Below, piece after piece: positions 20,738 through 30,535 of a DNA stretch of 48,201 nucleotides. The notes beneath the pieces are model-generated. The model was not told the DNA's origin, ran no database searches, and saw only the letters and a list, made by a program, of their open reading frames with translations. This stretch comes from an uncultured delta proteobacterium. Its GTDB lineage: Bacteria > Desulfobacterota > Binatia > UBA9968. The stretch lies in the NCBI GenBank assembly GCA_963755715.1, contig CAVWLW010000018.1, forward strand, positions 1 to 48,201. Direction: 5' to 3'. Made by a program: the position numbers and the translations under genes. Every line of letters starts with the position of its first letter. The first letter of the stretch is position 1.

Positions 20738-21663
20738 ACCGAGCAAGCGCAGGGCTCAAGCTCAAGAAATTACTGCAGCGGCCCGGCAAAGTCCTCGCGG
20801 TCTTAGGCGCGCCCAACGCGTTCCATGCGAAAATCATGGAAGCCAACGGTGTCGAGGCGTGTTTCGTCGGCACGAGCATCACCGGCGGTAATTACACCGG
20901 CCTGCCGGATCTTGGCGTGCTATCGATGACGGAATGCGTTGGATTTGCGAAATGGATCGCGCGCAGCGTGAAAATCCCCGTGATTCTCGACGGCGACACG
21001 GGGCACGGCGGTATCATGGCGGTGCGCCGGCTCGTGCAAGAGTGCATCGAAGCCGGACTCGCCGGCCTGCGGCTGGACGATCAGCCGCTGGAACAAAAAC
21101 GCCGCACCATGTCGGCGGGTATTTCGATCGTCTCAAGCGACGAAGCGGTGACGCGCTACCGCGCCGCTGTGGACGCGAAAAACGAGATCGACAAAAACTT
21201 CGTGATCATGGCGCAGTGCTACGCGCGAAACGCCGTGAATGGCGGTATGGCGGAGACGCTGAAGCGTCTGCGTCTCTATGAAACCGATGGATGCGCGGAT
21301 TGGGTGCAGTTCGAAGCGCCGCATTCCGTCAACGAGATCCAACGCAGCCGTAAAGTCGTCAAAGGGCCGTTTTCCGCGATGAAAGGCCAGCTGCCGCGGG
21401 CTCTGACGTTGGCAGAGCACCGCGAGCTCGGATTAAATGCCGCCTGGTACACTTTTCTTCCCGATCAAGTGCTAAAGACGGCGGCATGGCGTTTCCTCGA
21501 GTCGTTCAAGAAGAAAGACATGCGCGCATGGTACGAATTTCTTGACGCCAACCCGCACACCCCGTTCAGCGGCGGTGCGGCATTGCCGTGGGACGCCACG
21601 GGCATGAGCGAGCTCACCAAGTTGGAAGCGCGCTATTTCTCCAAACGGAAGCGGAGGTCGTGA
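20734..21663 (+). CDS. Isocitrate lyase/PEP mutase superfamily protein
   Basis: GLPDLG, PVILDGDTGHGG, DDQ; ATGA overlap with the upstream gene. Confidence 0.85.
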   Translation: MNRASAGLKLKKLLQRPGKVLAVLGAPNAFHAKIMEANGVEACFVGTSITGGNYTGLPDLGVLSMTECVGFAKWIARSVKIPVILDGDTGHGGIMAVRRLVQECIEAGLAGLRLDDQPLEQKRRTMSAGISIVSSDEAVTRYRAAVDAKNEIDKNFVIMAQCYARNAVNGGMAETLKRLRLYETDGCADWVQFEAPHSVNEIQRSRKVVKGPFSAMKGQLPRALTLAEHRELGLNAAWYTFLPDQVLKTAAWRFLESFKKKDMRAWYEFLDANPHTPFSGGAALPWDATGMSELTKLEARYFSKRKRRS

Positions 21664-21664
21664 G

Positions 21665-22693
21665 ATGCGTTTTTATCTGGTCGTCGTTTGCTCGGTCATT
21701 TTGCTGGGATCCCGACTCGAGGCGCAGAGCGACTTTTATCAGGGCAAACAGATCAAGATCGTCGTCGGCGCTTCGGCAGGCGCGGCGAGCGATCTCTACG
21801 CGCGCGTAGTCGCGCAACATCTGCCGAAACAAATACTCGGCAAACCCGAAGTCATCGTGCAAAATATGCCGGGCGGCGGATCGATGACCGCGGCCAATTA
21901 TGTCTACAGCGTCGCCAAACCCGACGGGCTGACTCTCGGAGCCGTCACGGCGCCGATTTATTTCGCGCAGCTGCTCGGACGCAAAGAAGTGCAATTCGAC
22001 TGGGCAAAGTTCACCTGGATCGGCACGCCGGAAGAAAATGACGAACTGTTCTTCATCAAGTCGGAGCTGCCTTACAAAACGCTTTTCGATTTACGCAAAG
22101 CGACCGATCCGCCGCGCTGCGGCGCGTCGGGAGTCGGCAGCACGGGGTATTACATCCCAAAGTTGTTAGAGGAAGTTTTTGGCTTTAAGCTCGGTATGGT
22201 CACCGGCTATCCGGGCGCTGCCGATGTCGACCTAGCCGTAGAAAAAAATGAGGTTCAATGCCGCGGCACGACGATCAGCGCGTTTTTCGGTCGCGAGCCG
22301 GGCAAGAGTTGGGCGAAGAACGGCTACGTTCGGTTCCTGGTCCAAACCGGCGATAAGCGAAATCATCGCTTGCCGGACACGCCGACGATCTGGGAATTGA
22401 TGGAACAGGAAAAAGCCGCAGAGGCGAAGAAACGCTTGGCGCGCGTGGTGCTGGGCCCGGGGGCATTTGGCCGGCCGATTTTGGCCACGCCGGCTATCCC
22501 TGCCGAGCGCGTGAAGATTCTGCGCGACGCCTATAGCAAAATGCTCAAGGATCCCGAGTTTGTCGCGGAAGCGAACAAGAGACAATGGGAGCTAAATCCG
22601 GTGAGCGGTGAAAAGCTCGAAGCGTTAGCCAAAGAAGTGATCCACCAGTCGCCGGATATCGTCGAGCGCATGAAGAAAGTTTTAGGCGAATAA
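21665..22693 (+). CDS. Tripartite tricarboxylate transporter binding protein (TctC/Bug)
   Basis: IVVGASAG…DLYAR, QNMPGGGS, AKPDGLTL, LPDTPTI. Confidence 0.88.
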   Translation: MRFYLVVVCSVILLGSRLEAQSDFYQGKQIKIVVGASAGAASDLYARVVAQHLPKQILGKPEVIVQNMPGGGSMTAANYVYSVAKPDGLTLGAVTAPIYFAQLLGRKEVQFDWAKFTWIGTPEENDELFFIKSELPYKTLFDLRKATDPPRCGASGVGSTGYYIPKLLEEVFGFKLGMVTGYPGAADVDLAVEKNEVQCRGTTISAFFGREPGKSWAKNGYVRFLVQTGDKRNHRLPDTPTIWELMEQEKAAEAKKRLARVVLGPGAFGRPILATPAIPAERVKILRDAYSKMLKDPEFVAEANKRQWELNPVSGEKLEALAKEVIHQSPDIVERMKKVLGE

Positions 22694-22778
22694 ACGGCGC
22701 GTTCAAATCGCTGCGGGGTAGTTGATTCATTTAGTCTCGGTTTTCTACGAACGCCAAATACAAAGAACGGAGCGACTC

Positions 22779-23648
22779 ATGGAGCTATCGAAATATATCG
22801 TTAAAGCGCGCCCGGGGGTTCTCGGCGGCAAGCACGAAGAGAAGCGGCCGCTGCGCCAGTTAAGCGCCTTGCCGGTCAAGCGCCATGTTTTTATCAACCG
22901 CGATTCGCACCCTGAAGCGAATATTTACGTGGCGATTCACGAAGCGAAGGATTTGCCGTCGCCGGTGCCGGATTATCAGGTGCCGCACTGTCACAACACA
23001 GACGAATTTTATTACTTCATCGGCAATCATGCGGATCTCACCGGCCTCGAAGGACAAATCATCTTCGAAGGGAAAGCGCACAAGATCATCGCGCCGGCCT
23101 GTGTCTATATTCCCACCGGCGCGGTGCACGAATATAAGGTTACCAAAGGCGCGGGTACCGTGACGGTTTTGTTTCGTGATCGCGGCTACACGCATGAAGA
23201 TAAGCCTTTCGATGCGTCTAAGGGTGAGCGCGAATTTGCCAAGTACGCCGGTTATATTTTTCCGCCCGATGTGAGGCCGACGACGGAAATCAAATATCAC
23301 ACCGACGCGGCGCCCGGCGTGCGCTACGTCTTCGTCGACGGCAAGTTGAAACCCGAGGCCGGCTTTTACACGGTCGTCCGTAGCGTGGAAAACGTCAAGC
23401 CGACGCAGGCCAATTACGTCGATCTGCACAGGCACAATTGCGACACCCAGCATATTGCGATCGGCACCGGACCGGAGCTTAGCGGGTTGAAAATAGAGTT
23501 TCAGATTCGCGACGAAAAAGTCGTCGTCGAGAGCCCGGTGGGCGTGCACATTCCTGCCGGCACGCCACACACGCAGCGCATCATCGAGGGATCCGGGCAC
23601 TTCTTCAACTTCGTGCCGAAGAGCAATTACAACGAGGGCTTGATCTGA
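22779..23648 (+). CDS. Bicupin protein of unknown function
   Basis: Two cupin repeats: HCHNTDE…YIPTGAVH and HRHNCDT…HIPAGTPH; GGAG RBS before ATG 22779. Confidence 0.75.
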   Translation: MELSKYIVKARPGVLGGKHEEKRPLRQLSALPVKRHVFINRDSHPEANIYVAIHEAKDLPSPVPDYQVPHCHNTDEFYYFIGNHADLTGLEGQIIFEGKAHKIIAPACVYIPTGAVHEYKVTKGAGTVTVLFRDRGYTHEDKPFDASKGEREFAKYAGYIFPPDVRPTTEIKYHTDAAPGVRYVFVDGKLKPEAGFYTVVRSVENVKPTQANYVDLHRHNCDTQHIAIGTGPELSGLKIEFQIRDEKVVVESPVGVHIPAGTPHTQRIIEGSGHFFNFVPKSNYNEGLI

Positions 23649-23672
23649 ATTATTGGGCGACGAACGATTACG

Positions 23673-24989
23673 ATGAAATTAAAATATTTATCATTCATCA
23701 GCGCACTTGTTGGGATCATCTCCATCGCGGCATCGGCGTCGTTCGGCCAAACGAATCCGCGCTACATACGATTTTCCGGGGTGCCCAATTCGGTAAAAGG
23801 CGCGCTCTACACTCCGGATGCGCCACAGCAGCCGGCGCATGTGGGCATCCTTGTGATGCACCGGGCGTCGAATTTTCTGGTCACGCTCGCGTGCACGGAA
23901 TTATCCAAGCGCGGCTTTCTCGTGCTGTGCATGAATCCGCGCTCGGACAACAACGAAGCTCTGGTGCGCTGGGAAACCATCCCGCTCGACGTGAAGGCCG
24001 GCGTCGAATTTTTAAAAAAGCAACCGGGAATCACCAAAATCATACTCTGGGGCTTCAGCGGCGGCGGGCCGACCATGACCTTCTATCAAAACGTTGCTGA
24101 AAACGGCGTGTCGGTCTGCCAAGGAGCGAAAAAGCTTGTTCCTTGCGGGGACGATTTGACCGGCCTGCCCAAAGCGGATGGTCTCATTCTGGTCGACGCC
24201 CACCCGGGCAATCCGGTGAATGGCATTCGCAGTATCAATCCGGCGGTCGTCGACGAGAGCCGTCCCGACTTGCTCAATCCCGACCTCGATCCTTTCAACC
24301 CGAAGAACGGCTACAACCCAAAGGGGCCTTCGAGCTATTCCAACGAATTCAAAAGAAGATACTTTCGCGCCCAGGCGGAGCGCATGAATCGCTTGATCGA
24401 CAAGGCACTGGCGATGCAGCGGCAGATGAAAGAGGGCAAGTATATTTATCCCGATGACGATGTGTTTTTGATCGTTCGCGGCGACGGCGCGCGCTTGCTG
24501 CAACTGGACCTGAGCATACATGCCGGCACCGAGAAACCGCGCAAGCTGCTCAAGAACGACGGCACGATCGTGACCGAGGTCGTAAAGAGCGTGCGGGTTG
24601 CGACTCCAAGCGCTGCGAAGCAAAACGCGACGTTCGAGAACGGCACCCGTTTTCTAACCGTGAAGTCGTTTCTAAGCGCCAACGCCGTGCGCGGCACGGA
24701 CTCCATGGACGGCATCGATCACTGCTCGAGCAACAATTCACCGCCCTGCCACTTGCCAACGATCACCGTCCCGACCTTGGTGACGGCGATGGGCGGTCAC
24801 TATTTCATTCGCGACAACGAGATTCACTATGAGCTTGCCGGCGCGAAGGATAAGGACTTTATCGTTTTGGAAGGTGCCGAGCATGGACAGACGCCTTGCG
24901 TGCCTTGCGAATCGACGCCCGGCCAGTACGCCAATTCGGTCAAAAATTTTTACGACTATGTGCGCGACTGGATCAACAAGCGGTTCTGA
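23673..24989 (+). CDS. Exported alpha/beta-hydrolase-fold protein (paralog of 9538..10845)
   Basis: Signal peptide, GFSGGG elbow, DAHPG, ITVPTLV, LEGAEH. Confidence 0.75.
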   Translation: MKLKYLSFISALVGIISIAASASFGQTNPRYIRFSGVPNSVKGALYTPDAPQQPAHVGILVMHRASNFLVTLACTELSKRGFLVLCMNPRSDNNEALVRWETIPLDVKAGVEFLKKQPGITKIILWGFSGGGPTMTFYQNVAENGVSVCQGAKKLVPCGDDLTGLPKADGLILVDAHPGNPVNGIRSINPAVVDESRPDLLNPDLDPFNPKNGYNPKGPSSYSNEFKRRYFRAQAERMNRLIDKALAMQRQMKEGKYIYPDDDVFLIVRGDGARLLQLDLSIHAGTEKPRKLLKNDGTIVTEVVKSVRVATPSAAKQNATFENGTRFLTVKSFLSANAVRGTDSMDGIDHCSSNNSPPCHLPTITVPTLVTAMGGHYFIRDNEIHYELAGAKDKDFIVLEGAEHGQTPCVPCESTPGQYANSVKNFYDYVRDWINKRF

Positions 24990-25114
24990 TCGGGCTTGAA
25001 CTTCGTCCTTTCGCAAGCCAATATTTCGCCAGGATCGAGCCCGCGTTGTTGGCGATACAATATTGATTTGTGGCTTCGTCGGCAGCGTGCGGTCAATCAA
25101 GAAGTGGGGGTAAA

Positions 25115-25675
25115 ATGACTAACGGTAAAATCGCAAGCGCCGTGTTCGGCGGCGGTTGTTTTTGGTGCACGGAAGCGGTCTTCGACGAGCTTCGCGGTGT
25201 GCAGTCGGTCATCTCTGGTTATGCCGGCGGCGCGACGAAGAATCCGACTTATGAACAAGTTTGCTCCGGCAGCACTGGCCATGCGGAAGTGATCAAAATC
25301 GAATTCGATCCGGCGCAGATTTCATTTCGTGATTTGATGACGGTGTTTTTCGCGACCCATGATCCGACGACGCTCAATCGTCAGGGCAATGATGCTGGCA
25401 CGCAATACCGCTCGGCGATTCTTTATGCCGATCCGCAACAGAAAGCCGAGGCCGCGGCATTCATTAAAGAACTCGACGAGGCCAAGACCTATAAGAACCC
25501 GATCGTAACGACCTTGGAGCCGTTGACGGAGTTTTATCCGGCGGAAGATTATCATCAAAAATTTTACGCCAACAATCCGTACCAGGGCTACTGCCAATAC
25601 ACGATTCCGCCGAAGCTCAACAAGCTGCATAAACAATTTTCGGCTTTGCTCAAATCACATGGCAAGACGGCCTGA
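25115..25675 (+). CDS. msrA: Peptide-methionine (S)-S-oxide reductase
   Basis: [29 protein letters not shown]. Confidence 0.96.
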   Translation: MTNGKIASAVFGGGCFWCTEAVFDELRGVQSVISGYAGGATKNPTYEQVCSGSTGHAEVIKIEFDPAQISFRDLMTVFFATHDPTTLNRQGNDAGTQYRSAILYADPQQKAEAAAFIKELDEAKTYKNPIVTTLEPLTEFYPAEDYHQKFYANNPYQGYCQYTIPPKLNKLHKQFSALLKSHGKTA

Positions 25676-25932
25676 TTGGCGTGTCATTTTTTTGCCATGC
25701 GGGTGGGATAGGCGAATCTGAAGTGCTACGCTAGTCAAAGATAACGCCTGCGTCTGCTTCTTTTCTCGGTTGCCGAGATGCTGGTCGCGCGCCCAAGCCG
25801 CCAGAGGCGGTGCATGGCGCGCAAACTCGGAATGAACGGCAAAAAGCACATTCAAAATAGCTTTCCGACCACGCCGCGCGGCGATTTTTTCTCTTTTCGA
25901 TCGCGGTTCGCGAAAGGCAAGAGGGTTTTTTT

Positions 25933-28191
25933 GTGAGCGAGTCCGAGGCGCAAACGAAAGTAAACCGGCCGGACCTGCGGGGCAGGCGGCTGGTGATCGT
26001 TTCGAACCGGTTGCCGTTCAATCTCGCCATCGAGGACGGCCACGTTGTTTTTCATCCGAGCGCCGGCGGTTTGGTGACCGGTCTCGCCTCTTTTCAAGAA
26101 TCTCGTGAGCACGACGCGGCGCTGCCGAGCGAGCGTCTCTGGGTCGGCTGGCCGGGCAGCAGCGTCGATGACTCCCTGCGCGATCAGGTCACGCGCGAGT
26201 CGCTGGCCAAATTCCAGTCGTATCCCGTCTTCCTGACCGAAGACCAGATGGAAAAGTTCTACTTGGGTTTTTGTAACGCGACGATCTGGCCTTTGTTTCA
26301 TTATTTTACGTCTTACGCGATCTACCAGGGGCCGTTCTGGGATCAGTACAAACAGATTAACCAGCTGTTCGCCGACGCTCTCGGGAATATTCTCCGCCCT
26401 GATGACGTGGTCTGGGTCCATGACTATCATCTGATGCTGCTGCCGCGGCTCCTCAAGACTCGCTACACGCAATTATCGGTGGGCTTTTTTCTGCACATTC
26501 CGTTTCCGTCCTTTGAAGTTTTTCGCCTGCTGCCGGGCGAATGGCGGCGCGACATTCTCGATGGGCTTTTAGGCGCCGATCTCATCGGCTTTCATACCTA
26601 CGAATACACGCATCACTTTTTGCAAAGCGTGCTGCGCATCCTCGGCTACGAGCAGCACATGGCCCAAGTCGTGGTCGAGGATCGGCTGGTCCGCGTCGAC
26701 ACTTTTCCGATGGGCATCGACGTGGATAAATTCGCCAGCGCGGCGGCCGACCCGGAGACCGAACAGGAAGCCAAGGAGCTGACGAACACACTCGCCGGCT
26801 TAAAGCTGATTCTCTCCGTGGATCGGCTCGATTATTCCAAAGGCATTTTGAACCGCCTGGAAGGCTACGAGCTATTTTTGGAATCCAATCCCGCCTATCA
26901 CGGCAAGGTCGCTCTGCTCATGGTCGTCGTGCCTTCGCGCATCGGCGTCGTGCAGTACGATCTGATGAAGCGCCAGATCGAAGAATTGATCAGCAAGATC
27001 AACGGCCAATTCGGCCGGGTCGGTTGGACTCCAGTGGTCTATCAATACCGCCATGTGCCATTTAAATCGCTGATCGCGCTTTACGCCGTGAGCGACGTTT
27101 GTTTGGTGACGCCGCTGCGCGACGGCATGAACTTGGTCGCCAAAGAGTATGTGGCGACCAAGGCGGATCGCGCCGGCGTGCTGATTTTAAGCGAAATGGC
27201 GGGAGCGGCGAAGGAACTGCCTGAAGCCATCATCGTCAATCCCAACAATCGCGCGGAAATCGCCGGCGCACTGCGCGAAGCGCTGGAAACGCCGGAGGAG
27301 GAGCAACAAAAGCGCAATGGGGTGATGCACCGCCGGCTGCGCCGTTACGATGTCAAGCGGTGGGCCCATGATTTTTTGACCACGCTGATCGGCATGCGCG
27401 AGCTGCAGGATCGCATCGATGCAAAGTTCCTATCGTCGCAAGCCCGCAAAGAATTTGTCGCGCGCTACCACGCCAGCCATCATCGTCTTTTGTTCCTCGA
27501 TTACGACGGTACGTTGACGCCCTTAGTCGCCCATCCGGCACTGGCAAAGCCCGATGCGGCGCGACTCGATCTGCTGAGAGCGCTGGGCTCGGAGCCAAAA
27601 AATAGCGTGGTGATCGTCAGTGGCCGCGATCGCGAGACGCTTGAGCAATGGTTCGGCGCGCTGCCGCTCGGTTTGGTGGCGGAGCACGGCGCTTGGATCC
27701 GACCGCAAGGCCAAAGTTGGCAACGGGTGAAACCGCTACCTGACACGTGGAAGCAGCAATTGCTGCCGATCCTGGAAATCTATGCGGATCGCTTGCCCCG
27801 CGCCTTCGTCGAAGAAAAAGAGGATTCGCTGGGGTGGCATTATCGCATGGCCGATCCGGAACAAGCCGAACTGCGCGCCTCCGAGCTTACCGACCATCTT
27901 CTCAATTTAACTGCAAAGACGGATCTGCAAGTGATTCAAGGCAGCAAGGTCGTCGAAATTAGGCGGGCGGGAGTCGACAAGGGCAGCGCGCTTTTAGCGT
28001 GGACCGGCCGTGAAGAGTACGATTTTATCCTCGGCATCGGCGACGATACCACCGATGAGGATCTCTTCAAGTCCATGCCGGAATCAGCCTTGTCCATCCG
28101 CGTGGGAATATCGGCGACCCACGCGCACTACAATATGCGCAGTAGCGCCGAAGTCATCGACTTCCTTCGTTCGCTCGCCGACACGCGCTGA
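25933..28191 (+). CDS. otsAB: Bifunctional trehalose-6-phosphate synthase/phosphatase
   Basis: GT20 motifs VSNRLP, WVHDYHL, DRLDYSKG, RDGMNLVAKEY, fused to a HAD domain FLDYDGTL…GDDTTDEDLF. Confidence 0.93.
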   Translation: MSESEAQTKVNRPDLRGRRLVIVSNRLPFNLAIEDGHVVFHPSAGGLVTGLASFQESREHDAALPSERLWVGWPGSSVDDSLRDQVTRESLAKFQSYPVFLTEDQMEKFYLGFCNATIWPLFHYFTSYAIYQGPFWDQYKQINQLFADALGNILRPDDVVWVHDYHLMLLPRLLKTRYTQLSVGFFLHIPFPSFEVFRLLPGEWRRDILDGLLGADLIGFHTYEYTHHFLQSVLRILGYEQHMAQVVVEDRLVRVDTFPMGIDVDKFASAAADPETEQEAKELTNTLAGLKLILSVDRLDYSKGILNRLEGYELFLESNPAYHGKVALLMVVVPSRIGVVQYDLMKRQIEELISKINGQFGRVGWTPVVYQYRHVPFKSLIALYAVSDVCLVTPLRDGMNLVAKEYVATKADRAGVLILSEMAGAAKELPEAIIVNPNNRAEIAGALREALETPEEEQQKRNGVMHRRLRRYDVKRWAHDFLTTLIGMRELQDRIDAKFLSSQARKEFVARYHASHHRLLFLDYDGTLTPLVAHPALAKPDAARLDLLRALGSEPKNSVVIVSGRDRETLEQWFGALPLGLVAEHGAWIRPQGQSWQRVKPLPDTWKQQLLPILEIYADRLPRAFVEEKEDSLGWHYRMADPEQAELRASELTDHLLNLTAKTDLQVIQGSKVVEIRRAGVDKGSALLAWTGREEYDFILGIGDDTTDEDLFKSMPESALSIRVGISATHAHYNMRSSAEVIDFLRSLADTR

Positions 28192-28279
28192 GGGAAGAAT
28201 AGCGCGGCGGCCGCACGATTTTCCAGGTTCTTCTCACAGTTGACCGAGCGCCAGCGGCAATTGCTAGAATGCCTTTCTT

Positions 28280-29324
28280 TCACAGGATTCCTAGCCATAA
28301 CAGAGCCGCCGTGCCGGCCATGATCACCAGTCCCAGCGGCACGCCGAGCTTCGCCCATTCGGTGCTTTTGATGTGAAGCGCGTGCGCCGCGATGATGTTC
28401 GGAATGTTGCCGGGGATCAGCATGCCGCCTGAGATCAGCAGTCCGAGCAGCGCGCTTTTGATTTGCGCTTCGCTCAGAGAAGGGCCGATCTCAGCCGCCG
28501 CCAGCGTGGCATTATCGAGGATCGCGGATACCATGTTGACCCAGAACAGAATCTGCGACGGGAGCTTGAGCAGATAAGTATCGATCAGCGGTTTAAAGCC
28601 GGCGCCAAGGAATATTAGCGCCATGACAAAGATATAGACTTTGCCCGCTCTGACAAATACCTCGCTGAGCCTTTCTTCCTCTTCCTCAGCTGCCAAAGAT
28701 TCACCGGTGTCCTCGGGTGCTTCGTGCACGAGAAAAATGCCGACGATCCCCGAGCACCACAACCGCGGGAACGACGTAGAGCGCGAGGAGGTTGAACAAA
28801 TAGTAGAACGTGGCGTGGTAGGGCGCGCCGCTCAGCTTCGACACGACGATGGTCGAGAGCGGTTCGCCGAGGGGGGTGAGCGCCGCGCCAAGACCGATGG
28901 CGAAGCAAGCGATAACCGTTAGTTTTACTTCGGCGTGGCGGTGTAGCGGCAGCACGCTGATGAATTCGACGAGCAACAGAGCCGCGATGATCGCCGAGAT
29001 CACGCTCGACACGAGGCCGAGAATGATGATGCCGCTGCACACGATAACCGACAGCGGCATGGTGATGAGGACACGGCGCATGCCATGATCGATGTAGTGA
29101 CGCAGGTAATGGAAGAGCACGCCGGCACCCAACACGGCGAGAGTGATGTTGATCGGCGCGATCAATCCCTCATGAAGGACTTCGGTGCTCCAGGCATTTG
29201 CAAAGGTCGCGCTGATCACGCCCATCAGGAACAAAAAGGCTTCGAGATTCGATTCGATCTTCTTGTTCAAGAACGGACCGACCAAGACAACTATAAAAAT
29301 CAAAGAGAGGCCAATGGTTAACAT
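28280..29324 (-). CDS. DUF1646-family membrane protein (putative cation transporter); apparent +1 frameshift in the G-run near 28750
   Basis: IESNLEAFLF, GLGAALTPLGEPLSTI, ILDNATLAAAEI, GGMLIPGNIPNII; the two ORFs join after removing one G. Confidence 0.8.
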
Positions 29325-29499
29325 GCTGTTTCCATGATCTCGGTTCTATGACATCGCGCGCCGTAAGACGCAATGTCGGTGCCGTGGTTTGACGGCTCAA
29401 AGGGTGCGCCGGATGGCGCTGATTTCAGCCAGCAAATTCTTCTAGAAATCTATTGCTTGCATTGATAAGGTGAGCGAAATTTTTCGCTGGAGCGGGACT

Positions 29500-30483
29500 A
29501 TGATTGGTAAAAGCAAATTGCGTCGAGTGCTCGTCGTTTTGTTCTTCATGCTTAACCTACGGGCGGCTTCTGCCCAAGAAATGAGCTTGCGCGCGGTTTA
29601 CAATGCCCTGAGTGGTGTCATGGCGCCGATTTGGGTGGCGCAAGACGCCGGACTTTTCACCAAGCATGGGGTCAACGTCGATCTGAAATACTTGGCGGCT
29701 ACGACGGCGGTTCAAGGCATGCTCGGCGGCGGCGAAGAAATCGGCCTCGTCGGCAATCAGGGCATCGACGCCAAGCTCGAAGGCGCGGATCTCATTTACG
29801 TTGCCAGCGGTTTGCCGGTGTTTGTATTCCAGATTTACGGGCGCCCGGAGACCAAGACTCTGGCGGACTTGAAAGGCAAGGTCGTCGCGGTTACCCAGCC
29901 GGCGGCATCGACTGATTACGCCATGCGCATCGTGCTCAAACGCAACGGCCTGGAACCCGATAAAGATGTGCGGATACTTTATGCGCAGGATATCAACGGT
30001 GTGTTAACCTCTGTGAGCGCGGGCAATGCCGCGGCCGGCATCATGTCGGCGCCGACGTCCATCCGCGCCAAAGCGGCGGGGTTGCGAGCCATCGTCGATG
30101 TTACCGCTCTCAAAGTGCCGTTTCTTTTTACCGCCATGCTCTCATCGGCGAAAGTTATCCGCGAAAAGAACGAAGCCGTGACCCGATTTCTGCGCGGCTA
30201 TATCGAATCTTTGGCGGTCATTCGCAAAGACAAAGAAACCACCATGCGATCGATGGGCAAGTTTCTCAAAACCACGGATCAAGCGGTGCTCGAATCGGTT
30301 TATGACGACTACAAAGACGTGTTTCCGACCACGCCACTAATGACCGCGGCCGAAGTCAAGGCGGTGCTCGACGTCGCTAAGAGTCCCAGAGCGAAGCAGA
30401 TGAAGCCCGAGGAGTTTTTCGATAATTCGATCGTCCAGAAAATTCAGGCGTCTGGGTTCATCGAGCAGGTCAACAAGCATTAG
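29500..30483 (+). CDS. ABC-type substrate-binding protein, NMT1/THI5-like
   Basis: Signal peptide, GLFTKHGVNV, DLKGKVVA, EEFFDNS. Confidence 0.85.
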   Translation: MIGKSKLRRVLVVLFFMLNLRAASAQEMSLRAVYNALSGVMAPIWVAQDAGLFTKHGVNVDLKYLAATTAVQGMLGGGEEIGLVGNQGIDAKLEGADLIYVASGLPVFVFQIYGRPETKTLADLKGKVVAVTQPAASTDYAMRIVLKRNGLEPDKDVRILYAQDINGVLTSVSAGNAAAGIMSAPTSIRAKAAGLRAIVDVTALKVPFLFTAMLSSAKVIREKNEAVTRFLRGYIESLAVIRKDKETTMRSMGKFLKTTDQAVLESVYDDYKDVFPTTPLMTAAEVKAVLDVAKSPRAKQMKPEEFFDNSIVQKIQASGFIEQVNKH

Positions 30484-30535
30484 TTGAGTTTTCGCCTTGC
30501 GCGTCCTCGCGGCGCCGTGGCGACAGGAGAATCAA

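Noticed and set aside
28701-28762. Programmed frameshift or two-gene arrangement in the DUF1646 gene
   Set aside because: One extra G in a homopolymer explains it, matching the other insertion errors; no slippery heptamer is present
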